From positions 1 through 45,220 of the forward strand of contig DAOTYR010000147.1 of NCBI GenBank assembly GCA_034434655.1: 45,220 nt of DNA, written 5' to 3'. Position 1 is the stretch's first letter, and each line of letters starts with the position of its first letter. A model generated the notes under the pieces. It had not been told where the DNA came from. It did not search any database and was given only the letters and a program-made list of their open reading frames with translations. This DNA comes from Chloroflexaceae bacterium. GTDB lineage: Bacteria > Chloroflexota > Chloroflexia > Chloroflexales > Chloroflexaceae. Below are positions 1 to 11,200 of the stretch, piece by piece. The translations under genes were made by a program, and so were the position numbers.

Positions 1-135
1 GCCACGCCGGAGCCCGGCACAGCCGCGCCGACCACCGCGCCCCCCGCCACGCCGGAGCCCGGCACAGCCGCGCCGACCACCGCGCCCCCCGCCACGCCGG
101 AGCCCGGCACAGCCGCGCCGACCACCGCGCCCCCC
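1..135 (+). repeat. Three copies of a 45-nt in-frame tandem repeat
   Basis: The unit gccacgccggagcccggcacagccgcgccgaccaccgcgcccccc recurs at 1, 46 and 91. The array may continue upstream of the window. Confidence 0.9.
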
Positions 136-333
136 GCGACCGAGATGCCGACGGACGGGACGCCCGCTATTCCGCCGGAGTTGCCGCAGCCTACCGAGGC
201 GGTTGGGCCGTATCCGGCGCCACCCGCCGCAACCACCGCGCCTGCAGTGACGGCGCAGGGCTTCGGCGGCGGGGCGCTGGCGCCCTACCTGCTGGTTGCG
301 ACCGTGATTCTGGCGTTGTTCCGCCGGCGATAG
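1..333 (+). CDS. 3' end of a CDS cut by the window edge. It encodes a Pro/Thr/Ala-rich repeat (surface/secreted-type) protein ending in a hydrophobic segment plus an RRR tail.
   Basis: Frame 1 is open from nt 1 to the TAG at 331-333. It contains three in-frame 15-aa repeats (ATPEPGTAAPTTAPP). The C-terminus ...QGFGGGALAPYLLVATVILALFRRR* has the layout of a C-terminal anchor or sorting signal. Confidence 0.55.
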   Translation, partial: ATPEPGTAAPTTAPPATPEPGTAAPTTAPPATPEPGTAAPTTAPPATEMPTDGTPAIPPELPQPTEAVGPYPAPPAATTAPAVTAQGFGGGALAPYLLVATVILALFRRR

Positions 334-649
334 GCGCCTGCGCGGCTGTCCCGCATATCAAAATCTGGTAGCAGTTCTCAGAAAGGTTGAACCTTGTGGG
401 CAAGGTTGCACGATGACCCTCCCGCAGGCTGCGAGTCTGCGGGAGGGTGGAGCAGTACGGCAGACGCGAACGATGGTCAACGTATCTGCGAAATGCTGTA
501 GTAGCGCAATGCTGCGCGGGACGCAGGTTGCCACGGAGCGCGGGTACGTTGCCCGCGCTCCCGTGATGGGGCATAGCACCGCAGGCGGGCAAGACCCTTT
601 CTGACCCTCACCTGCGGGGACGGTGGCTGCCAGTAACTGTTCACGCCTG

Positions 650-745
650 GGGTAACCCACGCGCCTGCCAGCGAGGGCGTCCCACCCCCATCGCTTCTCC
701 GCGGGCAAGATGCCCGCGCTCCCAGGAGAAATGTGAACCCTTACG
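650..745. repeat. Hairpin-type intergenic repeat ('R2' family), uninterrupted copy
   Basis: The segment ...ccacgcgcctgccagcgagggcgt...tctccgcgggcaagatgcccgcgctcccaggagaaatgtgaac matches 24436-24645. The match holds once the 117-nt insertion at 24493-24609 is removed. Confidence 0.75.
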
Positions 746-757
746 GCTACCGGCGCG

Positions 758-3160
<2,403 letters not shown>

Positions 3161-3261
3161 ACGGGCAGAGGAGGGGGTACGCTCCGCTGCGCACTCATCT
3201 TGCCGACAGGGGCCAGTCAGGGCCACAGATGGTTCGCCCCAACCGGCGGATGGTTGATTGC

Positions 3262-3345
3262 CAGGAGACCGGAGAAACCGGGTTTCCCCGCACCCTGGCC
3301 CGCGGGAGGGTCTGGGAAGGCGTCGCCCTGCCCAACCCTGCCACC
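3262..3345. repeat. Mosaic GC-rich palindromic repeat
   Basis: ggagaaaccgggtttcccc lies at 3271-3289. It is followed by the ccgcgggagggtctggga...gccctgcccaaccc module seen in other intergenic regions. Confidence 0.7.
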
Positions 3346-3535
3346 TGGCGCTGTCCATCGGCCCCGCCAGGTTTATTGCAACGCTTTTGCACTATACGCG
3401 GGTGACTCTTCCTTGTCAATAGCCACAATGGCGACCGCTCACACCCGGGGTCACCCACGCAACCGGGAGCGCGAGCGAGGGCGTCACGGCCCGCGTCGCG
3501 TCTCCGCGGGCGCCCAGGAGCCGCCCGGCGCGCAG

Positions 3536-3575
3536 GGGCCGGGGAAAACCAGGTTTTCCCACCCTCCCCGAGGGC
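3536..3575. repeat. Palindromic repeat variant
   Basis: ggggaaaaccaggttttccc lies at 3541-3560. Confidence 0.65.
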
Positions 3576-3612
3576 GTAGTGGGCCGCCCGAGCCCACGCG
3601 GGGCGCAGGACT

Positions 3613-4077
3613 TCACCCGTCAAAGGCGTGGATCTCGATCCGCAGATGGAAGACCTGCTCCTGGAGGACCGGTTCGAGGAGCATTGTGGTCAGGATCCGA
3701 GAGCGGAGGGGACGAGGCGAATGGAAGAGATGGGTGCGACAGCGGGTATCGCTCGCGCCGAAGCCGGGCACCGGCGCGCTCAGCGCCGGAAGGGCGGCCA
3801 GGGCGCTGCACCAGCGAGCCTCGAAGCGCTCGGGGCCGCCGACGGTCCAGGCTTCACGGAGGCGCGCCAGGGGGCGCAGGTAATCGATGTGCCAGTGGGG
3901 GCGCGGCTTCTCGACGCGGCGGTGATGCGCCAGGCGCGCCGGCAGCCCGCCCGCGCCGAAAGCGCTGCCCACGTAAAGGTAAAACCCGGGGTGAAAGTCA
4001 AACACGCCCAGTTTGCCGATCCGCACGCCGGGCGCCAGGCGATCCAGTTGCAGCACCAGAATATATGAGCCCTTCAC
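3613..4077 (-). CDS. DUF123 / GIY-YIG (Uri)-superfamily nuclease-like protein
   Basis: Only the 3' 465 nt of the 531-aa ORF look real. That part reads (V)KGSYILVLQLD...IGKLGVFDFHPGFYLYVGSAFG...RLAHHRR...PHWHIDYL, which is typical of DUF123. A GTG at 4075-4077 is preceded by AGGA 6 nt upstream. The rest of the ORF is antisense to purD. Confidence 0.6.
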   Translation of the reverse strand: MKGSYILVLQLDRLAPGVRIGKLGVFDFHPGFYLYVGSAFGAGGLPARLAHHRRVEKPRPHWHIDYLRPLARLREAWTVGGPERFEARWCSALAALPALSAPVPGFGASDTRCRTHLFHSPRPLRSRILTTMLLEPVLQEQVFHLRIEIHAFDG

Positions 4078-4388
4078 AGCGATTCCTGCTTGCGTCGGGG
4101 AGGCGGCGCATTGAACCAGACCGTTCCCGGCGCCGGATGATACCCCCACAGAGTAACCGGGTAGAGCGATCTGGTCAAGGCTGGCGCGAGCGGGGGGTGT
4201 GACGTAACGTCTTGCACGTTCTTCCACGCCCGACGGCTCAAGCCGCGGGCTACGGTCCTGCGAAGCCGGCCTGCGCCGGCTCGCGAGGCCACGCAGGCGG
4301 CCTTCACATCCATGGCCGACGGCTGCTTCAGCCCGACGGAGCGCTGTGCAAGATATTTCGTCACACCCACGAGCATGCCGGCCGGGTA

Positions 4389-4397
4389 TGTTATACT
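4389..4397 (+). promoter_or_regulatory. Candidate extended -10 box (TGtTATACT) for purD
   Basis: This is an AT-rich box in GC-rich DNA, 39 nt upstream of the purD ATG. The candidate tkt box has the same spacing. No clear -35 is visible. Confidence 0.35.
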
Positions 4398-4435
4398 TTC
4401 CCTGGCGGCATACCTTCAACCCTTTGCGACAGCAT

Positions 4436-5686
4436 ATGAACGTTCTGCTGATCGGCTCTGGCGGCCGCGAGCACGCCCTCGCATGGAAGATCGCCCAGTC
4501 GCGCCATTTTACCCGGCTCCTCAGCGTGCCCGGCAACACCGGCACCGGGCAGTACGGCCAGAATGTCCCCTTTCCGCTGAGCGATTTCGACGCGATTGTG
4601 GACCTGGCGCAGCGCGAGGCGATCGACCTGCTGGTCGTCGGGCCGGATAATCCGTTGGCCGATGGGATCGTTGATGTCTTCAAAGCGGCAGGCATTCCGG
4701 CATTCGGACCGACCGCCGCGGCGGCGCGCATCGAGAGCAGCAAGTCGTTCGCCAAGGAGATCATGGCGGCCAGGGGCGTGCCCACGGCTGAAGCGATGAT
4801 CTTCGACTCGCCGGTTGAAGCCGTGGCCTTCGTGCAACAGAGCGGGCGGCCCTGGGTGGTCAAGGCCGACGGGCTGGCCCTGGGCAAAGGCGTGGTGGTG
4901 CCCGATGACGTGGAAGGCACCCTGGCGGCAATCACGCGCCTGTCGGCCACCCGCGCCGGCAGACGCCTGCTGCTCGAAGAACGCCTCGAGGGGCGCGAAG
5001 TCTCGGTCCATGCCCTCTGTGACGGCGAACATCTGCTGGTGCTGCCCACGGCGCGCGACCATAAGCGTTTCGGCGAGGGCGACACCGGCCCCAACACCGG
5101 CGGCATGGGCGTGATCGCCCCCGTGGATGAAGTAACCCCCGCCGTGCTCGAGCAGATCGTCACCACCTGTATGCAACCGGTGGTGGACGAACTGGCCGCC
5201 CGCGGCACGCCCTTTCGGGGCCTGCTCTACGCCGGGGTCATCCTGACCCGCGAGGGGCCGAAGATCCTGGAGTTTAATGCGCGCTTCGGCGACCCGGAGG
5301 CGCAGGCGATCCTGCCTCTGCTCGACGGCGATGTGCTGGAAGTGTTCTACGACTGCGCCGTGGGCCAGTTGCATCCCGAAAAGCTCCGCAAACGCAAGGG
5401 CTATGCCGTCTGCGTGGTGCTCTGCGCCCAGGGCTACCCCGGCAAGCCGCGCGTCGGCGACGCCATCCGCGGCGTCGAAGCCATAGACGACGAGCAGGTG
5501 CTGATCTTCCACGCCGGCACGGCCATCGGCCCCAACGGCCTCTGCACCGCCGGCGGGCGCGTCATCGGTGTGACCGGCCTTGGCCCGACCCTGGCGCGGG
5601 CGCGGGCACGGGCCTATGAGATCGCCGAGCGGGTGGCCTTTGAGGGCAAGTACTTCCGCCGGGACATCGGCAAGGAGCCTGGGTGA
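4436..5686 (+). CDS. purD: Phosphoribosylamine--glycine ligase
   Basis: The N-terminus is MNVLLIGSGGREHALAWKIAQS. An ATP-grasp core is present and the C-terminus reads GGRVIGVTG. The start is the ATG at 4436; the ORF track begins upstream at 4346. Confidence 0.93.
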   Translation: MNVLLIGSGGREHALAWKIAQSRHFTRLLSVPGNTGTGQYGQNVPFPLSDFDAIVDLAQREAIDLLVVGPDNPLADGIVDVFKAAGIPAFGPTAAAARIESSKSFAKEIMAARGVPTAEAMIFDSPVEAVAFVQQSGRPWVVKADGLALGKGVVVPDDVEGTLAAITRLSATRAGRRLLLEERLEGREVSVHALCDGEHLLVLPTARDHKRFGEGDTGPNTGGMGVIAPVDEVTPAVLEQIVTTCMQPVVDELAARGTPFRGLLYAGVILTREGPKILEFNARFGDPEAQAILPLLDGDVLEVFYDCAVGQLHPEKLRKRKGYAVCVVLCAQGYPGKPRVGDAIRGVEAIDDEQVLIFHAGTAIGPNGLCTAGGRVIGVTGLGPTLARARARAYEIAERVAFEGKYFRRDIGKEPG

Positions 5687-5861
5687 GGGACCCGGCTGCG
5701 GCCAGGCCGGATGGGAGGAACTGGCCTCCCCGCAGACGGAGGCTTTGCCGGCCCGGGAGGGGCGCGGCGAGGGCCGGCCCTCTTCGAAGAAGCGAGCTTT
5801 CAACCCGTGAGCATAGCCCGGACGCGGTTGCGGTTCCCGAACCTGCCACGAGACAAGGTGC

Positions 5862-6530
5862 ATGATGTATCAGGTTGCCGTGCTGCTGAGCGGCTCCGGC
5901 TCCAATCTCCAGGCATTGCTGGACGCCGAGGCTGCCGGGGCGCTCGGCGCCGAGGTGACCCTGGTGGTCAGCGACCGCGCCGACGCCTTCGGCCTGCAGC
6001 GCGCCCTGGCCCGCCAGGTTGCCGCAGCCTACGTGCCGCTTCCCGCCACGCCTCGGGGCGCCGATCGCGCCGCCGCGCGGGCCGCCTGGGAACGGCGCCT
6101 CGCCGACGTGGTGGCGGCCTTTGCTCCTGACCTGGTGCTGCTGGCAGGGTTCATGCGCATTCTCTCGCCCGCCTTCCTGGATCGGTTTCCCAACCGGGTG
6201 ATCAACCAGCACCCCGCCCTGCTGCCCGATGACGGCGGCGACACCTACGTGACCAGCGCGGGGCTGGTCATACCCGCGCTGCGGGGCGCTCATGTCGTCG
6301 CCGAGGCCCTGGAACGGGGTCTGCCGATCACCGGCTGCACCATCCACCGCGTCACTCCCCGCGTGGACGACGGCCCCGTCCTGGCGCGCGCCGAGGTGCC
6401 CGTGCTGCCGGGGGATACCCCCGAAACGCTCCACGCGCGCATCAAGCTCGAAGAACACCGTCTGATCGTCGACGTGGTGCGCCGCCTGGCCCTGGAACAC
6501 GCCTGCGCCGGGGCAATGGTGAACCAATGA
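5862..6530 (+). CDS. purN: Phosphoribosylglycinamide formyltransferase
   Basis: Motifs VAVLLSGSGSNLQALLDA, VLLAGFMRIL, INQHPALLP and TGCTIHRV are present. Confidence 0.9.
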   Translation: MMYQVAVLLSGSGSNLQALLDAEAAGALGAEVTLVVSDRADAFGLQRALARQVAAAYVPLPATPRGADRAAARAAWERRLADVVAAFAPDLVLLAGFMRILSPAFLDRFPNRVINQHPALLPDDGGDTYVTSAGLVIPALRGAHVVAEALERGLPITGCTIHRVTPRVDDGPVLARAEVPVLPGDTPETLHARIKLEEHRLIVDVVRRLALEHACAGAMVNQ

Positions 6531-6544
6531 AGCATGCTTCACCT

Positions 6545-6783
6545 CGGCCGTCCATGCGGCCCGCGCCGCACACTGACGGGATGAACATACTTCCTGGGAG
6601 GGCTACGCCCACCCAAACCCTCCCACCGGGTGGGGGGATGGAGAAACCGGGTTTCCCCATCCCCCTGCGGGGTGCGGGCGTGGGGGAACCAGGTTCCCCC
6701 ATCCCCCTGCTCCAGGACTGCGCCCTCACCCGCCCGCGGGCGGGGGGATGGGGGAACCTGGTTCCCCCATGTTCACGTTAGGC
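6545..6783. repeat. Cluster of mosaic palindromic repeats
   Basis: Palindromes lie at 6638-6660 (atggagaaaccgggtttccccat), 6681-6701 (tgggggaaccaggttccccca) and 6748-6770 (atgggggaacctggttcccccat, perfect). The cluster also has the ccgtccatgcgg...gacgggatgaacatacttcctgggagggc module and a terminal gttcacgttag. Confidence 0.85.
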
Positions 6784-6819
6784 CGGCCAGATGAGAAGTT
6801 GATGACAAGGAGGTCAACC

Positions 6820-7092
6820 ATGCCCAGGTACGTGATCGAGCGCGAGCTTCCCGGAGCGGGCAAGCTTTCGGCCCAGGAGCTGCAGGCCATCTCGCAGAAA
6901 TCGTGCGACGTGCTGCGCGGAATGGGGCCACGCATCCAGTGGCTCCACAGTTACGTCACCGACGACAAGATCTACTGCGTGTACATCGCGCCCGACGAAG
7001 CGGCGATCCGCGAACACGCGGAAAAGGGGGGCTTCCCGGCCAATCGCATCTCCGAGGTGAGGACGGTGATTGACCCGACGACGGCGGAGTAG
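6820..7092 (+). CDS. DUF4242-family small protein
   Basis: The sequence reads MPRYVIERELPGAGKLSAQELQAISQKS...WLHSYVTDDKIYCVYIAPDEAAIREHA. AAGGAGG sits 6 nt upstream of the ATG at 6820. The upstream part of the ORF lies in repeat DNA. Confidence 0.7.
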   Translation: MPRYVIERELPGAGKLSAQELQAISQKSCDVLRGMGPRIQWLHSYVTDDKIYCVYIAPDEAAIREHAEKGGFPANRISEVRTVIDPTTAE

Positions 7093-7123
7093 TTGCGCCC
7101 GTGGGGAATGGCAACGCGCCCGG

Positions 7124-7154
7124 GGTTGCGCCGGCGGCGGTTGGCGGCGCAACC
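7124..7154 (+). terminator. GC hairpin downstream of the DUF4242 gene (possible terminator, no U-tract)
   Basis: ggttgcgccg (7124-7133) pairs with cggcgcaacc (7145-7154) around an 11-nt loop. Confidence 0.3.
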
Positions 7155-7288
7155 GCGGGGGGTTAAGGTGAGGATTGATTTCAGTAGCGCCGATTGGATT
7201 CAGTCGTGACAGATTAGACGCATAAGCGCGCCGACTTAAGGATGCGGTAACAGTTGTCTATTAAGATTTGTGTACAGTAGAGCCAGGC

Positions 7289-8251
7289 ATGCCAGATATC
7301 CGGTGGAAACGTATGGCACTGCTCAGTTCCAGCACAATCACCTTCAGCGGACACGAGACGTTTGTCCTGCGGAGTAACTGGCTCAAGAAAGCATACGACT
7401 TACTTCAGGACCAGCCCGACCTGTTTGCGCGCGAGGATTGCTTTGCGCGCCTCGGGGTGGGCAAAAATATGGCTCAGTCAATTCGCTTCTGGGGGCGTGT
7501 GTGCGGCGTATTCGAGCGGACTGAAGACAGCAAGGGTCATCGGGCAACCTGGCTTGGTCAGGCTCTCCTGGATGACCATAACGGTTGGGATCCGTTTCTT
7601 GTGACGCCAACCAGCCACTGGTTGCTGCATTGGCAGATCGTGAGACGACCAGAGGTAGCTTTTACCTGGTACTTTACCTTTAATTTGTTACGTCGTGGTG
7701 AATTTACCATCCCAAGCTTAGCTCAACAGATCCTCACGTTCGTTGCCCAGTATGGTGGCAAAGCGCCCTCGGATGCCACGCTCAGTCGCGATATTGACTG
7801 TATGCTGCGCTGCTACGTGCAACCTGATGCAATCCATCTCAAGACTGCGGTCGAAGATGCGCTCTATTGCCCTTTGCACACCACCGGTCTCATTCAGTCT
7901 CTGCCTAACCAGCAAGCCTATTATCTGGTCAGCGGCACTCATCCAAATCTCTCCGATCACCTGGTGGCGCTGGCGTCATTCCACCAGGCCCGAATGCTCA
8001 AGCGGAAGACCGTGTCATTCGCTGAACTTGCCTACGGAGAACGTTCACCAGGCCGGATCTTCCGGCTCGACGAAGACGCGCTGCTTGCGCGTCTGTTGCG
8101 GCTGGAGCAGGTGACAGCGGGCCGCGCAGTCTACAATGAAAGCGCCGGCATCCGCCAGATCGCCTGGCGTAACCTGGATGAGGAAGAGCACGAGGTTGAT
8201 CGCGCTCTTCTGAAGGCTGCTTTTAACCAGGAACACGCCTATGCCGAATAA
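7289..8251 (+). CDS. sspB: DUF4007-family protein (SspB-like)
   Basis: The N-terminal signature ITFSGHETFVLRSNWLKKAYDLL fits my recollection of DUF4007 proteins. It is the first gene of the operon and overlaps the next gene by 11 nt. The start is uncertain among TTG 7268, ATG 7289 and ATG 7313. Confidence 0.55.
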   Translation: MPDIRWKRMALLSSSTITFSGHETFVLRSNWLKKAYDLLQDQPDLFAREDCFARLGVGKNMAQSIRFWGRVCGVFERTEDSKGHRATWLGQALLDDHNGWDPFLVTPTSHWLLHWQIVRRPEVAFTWYFTFNLLRRGEFTIPSLAQQILTFVAQYGGKAPSDATLSRDIDCMLRCYVQPDAIHLKTAVEDALYCPLHTTGLIQSLPNQQAYYLVSGTHPNLSDHLVALASFHQARMLKRKTVSFAELAYGERSPGRIFRLDEDALLARLLRLEQVTAGRAVYNESAGIRQIAWRNLDEEEHEVDRALLKAAFNQEHAYAE

Positions 8252-11200
8252 CAGCGCCATCAGGGTAGCACCACGATTCACCCGGTCGGTGCATATTGGC
8301 CGCGATTTCCGCGATCTGCGCTTCCACCTCGACGGCTACCAGGTGACGCCGCTGGTGCGCCAGACTGCTGGACAGATTCTGTCCGGTCTGGCTGCCGACG
8401 CCACCGAACGCGCCTTTTCCGTGATCGGTCCCTTTGGTGCTGGCAAATCGGCGTTCGGGCTGTTCCTGGCCCATTTTCTGCAACGACGCCCGGCAGGGCG
8501 GCGCAAGTTGCTCACTTCGCTAGGCATAACGATCCCCGATGCACACTTACCCCTCGATGCGCCCACGCTCCTGGCGGTGCGCGTGCCAGGCAATCACGCT
8601 CCGCTGCGCCATGCGCTGCTGCAGGCGCTCAATGAGGTTCTGGACAGAGAAACGCGCCGGTCGGAGATTGCTGCCCTGTGTCAAACCCTTGAGCGCGCCA
8701 GGCACGACCCAAACCTCGATCCGGTACGCACGGCAGACTATGTAGCCGAGGCTGCGCGTCTACTCCGCGCCCAGGGTCGCTTCGATGGCCTGCTGGTGGT
8801 GATTGACGAACTTGGCCAGTTTCTTGATTATGCGGCCCGCCAGAATGAGGAACGCGATCTGTTCGTCTTGCAGAGCCTGGCTGAGACAGCAACACGTAGT
8901 GGCGATACCCCCGTGCTCGTAGTGACCATTCTGCACCAGGCATTCGAGCGCTATACCATCCACGCCGGGCCTACCCGGCGCGCTGAGTGGGCGAAAGTGC
9001 AGGGGCGCTTCAAAGACTTGCCGTTTCAGGAACCGGCGGCTCAGATAGTACGCATGGTCGCCTCCGCCCTCCGGCCGGTGGGGCGCGATCCATACAAGTG
9101 CGCGCGCGAGGAATGGACCACACAACTTGCCACTCTTTCCGAAGATCTTGGCCTGCGTCCGGTCGAGATCAGTTCAGCAGAATGGCGAAGCCTGCTAGCC
9201 GACACGTATCCGATTCATCCCACAGTGCTGGTCGCCCTGCCCTCGCTGTTCCGCCAGTTAGCTCAGAATGAGCGTTCACTCTTCGCCTTCCTCCATACTG
9301 ACGAGCCATGGGCGCTGCGCGATGTAACTGCTGATGCTGTGACTACTGACAGCCTGCCGATCTACCGGCTTACCCATCTTTATGCCTATGTTGAGGCTAA
9401 CCTTGGGCCATTTCTGTTCGGGAAGGCCCGCGGACAGCGCTGGGCTGAACTAGCCGAGGCACGCGTAGCTCTCGCCAACAGTGATCCGCTCCACCTCGAT
9501 ACACTGACCGTCGTAGGCGTTCTGGGCGCCATCGAACGCGCCTCGGGGCTACGCGCGAGTCAGGCGCATGTCGCCTTCGCGCTTGCTGATACACCTGACG
9601 ACCAGGCCGTCACTGATGCCTTGCGTGCACTGAGTGAACGGCGCATCATAGTGTACCGGCGCTATCGCGACAGCTATATCATCTGGGAAGGCAGCGATCT
9701 CGACCTGGAGACCCTGACCCAGGAAGCCCGACGGATGATTAGCGAACGGATGGATCTTACCGCCCTGTTGCAGCAGCATGCCGACACCACTCCACGCATC
9801 GCCCGGCGACATAGTTACCGTACCGGAGCCACGCGGGTATTCGCGGTGCGGTATGTGGAGGCTACACGCCTCAGCGTAGATCTGGCTGCCAGGGAAGGCT
9901 ACGATGGCGAACTCCTCCATGTCGTCCCGGCTGACGAAGAAGAACTGCGCGCAGCAGAGCATTGGGCACGCGACCCGGCGCGCGCCGAAGAACCATGGCG
10001 GATAACTGTCCTGCCACGGCACCTCCACGATCTGCGAGATCTGCTGCTTGAGGTCGCGGCGCTGCGCAACCTGCTCGATGAGCGCGCAGAACTCGAACAC
10101 GACCGGCCAGCGCGTCGCGAGGTGGCCGGACGACTGCTTGAAGCTCAGCAATTCCTCGCCGATACAATTATTGAGACCTATGGACGCGGGCGCTGGTTCT
10201 ATGCGGGTCAGCCCTACCACCCTCAGAGCGCCCGTCAGATTGACGATCTCCTTTCCAGGGCCGCGGATGCTACCTACCCTCACACTCCGCTGGTGTGGAA
10301 CGAGTTGATTGTTCGTCGCCAACTCACCTCAGCAGCGACCAAGGCGCGGCGCAACCTGGTTGAAGCGATGCTGAGCCGTGGCGCCGAGCCGCTCCTGGGA
10401 ATGACGGGCTACCCACCCGAACGGGCAATCTACGAGAGTGTTCTGCGTATGGGTGGATTACACCGCCGGGATGTGAATGGGACGTGGCGCATCGGCCCGC
10501 CGCCGCCGGAAGATCCGTTACGTCTGGGTCCGGTCTGGCAGGCGATGGAACGGCTTCTCGACACTGGGCGATCCGAACCTCACCCCATCGCGCACCTGTT
10601 TGCGCACATAGAAAGCCCGCCCTACGGCGTGAAAGCCGGATTGGCGCCGCTGCTCTTCGTGGCATTCTACGTAGCCCGTGCTGGCGAAATCAGCATTTAT
10701 GAACGTGGCACATATGTCCCGATGCCAGACATCGCAGTCTTCGAGCGGCTGATGACACGACCTGAACAGTTCAGCGTAAGCCTGTGCCGAGCCGAAGGGG
10801 CGCGCTGGCAGGTGTATGAACGACTCGCCCGCGCTCTAGCGCCCCAGGCTCTCACCCAGCCGTCACAGCCTGCCTTACTGGCCGTAACTCTGCCCCTGCT
10901 GCGCTTCATCAACCAACTGCCAGCGTACAGCAAGCAGACCAGACGCCTGAGCTTGCGGGCGCAGGCAGTTCGTCAGGCGCTCCGAGAAGCTCGCGCACCT
11001 GACGAACTGCTCTTCGAGCGATTACCAGGCGCATGTGACCTACCCTCGTTCCGCGCCGATGATGACGAAGGCACCCTATGGGTCGAACCTTTCGTCGCCG
11101 CCTTGCGTGAGGCCTTGCAAGAGTTACAAGGCGCCTACGCACGCTTGATTGAAACCGTTGCTACGCGCATTAGCGCAGCCTTCGGTTTACCATCAACCGG

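Noticed and set aside
413-604. A 63-aa ORF in the convergent intergenic region
   Set aside because: It has no RBS, odd composition and no family resemblance. The region is kept only as a possible-RNA observation.
4078-4435. A purine (ZTP/guanine-type) riboswitch upstream of purD
   Set aside because: I could not find the conserved cores by eye (for example the GGGTCGTGAC...CCGCCTGGGCA-type pfl motif, or a purine three-way junction). The region is the divergent promoter space between the DUF123 gene and purD. An Rfam scan would settle it.
4078-5208. The 5' two-thirds of the 531-aa minus-strand ORF (3613-5208), plus the 490-aa ORF at 4391-5863 (-)
   Set aside because: Both are antisense to purD, whose motifs are unambiguous. 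Long open antisense frames are expected at this GC content. Only the 3' 465 nt (the DUF123-like part) has family-like sequence.
7254-7278. TTGTCT ... TACAGT as the sigma70 promoter of the island operon
   Set aside because: The spacer is only 13 nt and the TG sits directly against the hexamer rather than one nt away. This is not convincing, so the operon promoter remains unidentified.
7092-7290. A tRNA, tmRNA or integrase at the island borders (also checked at 21116-21298)
   Set aside because: I scanned by eye for T-loop-like GGTTCGAATCC/GGTTCAAATCC motifs and cloverleaf-sized structures and found none. No recombinase-like ORF is present. The scan was manual, so a tRNAscan/ARAGORN run would be decisive.
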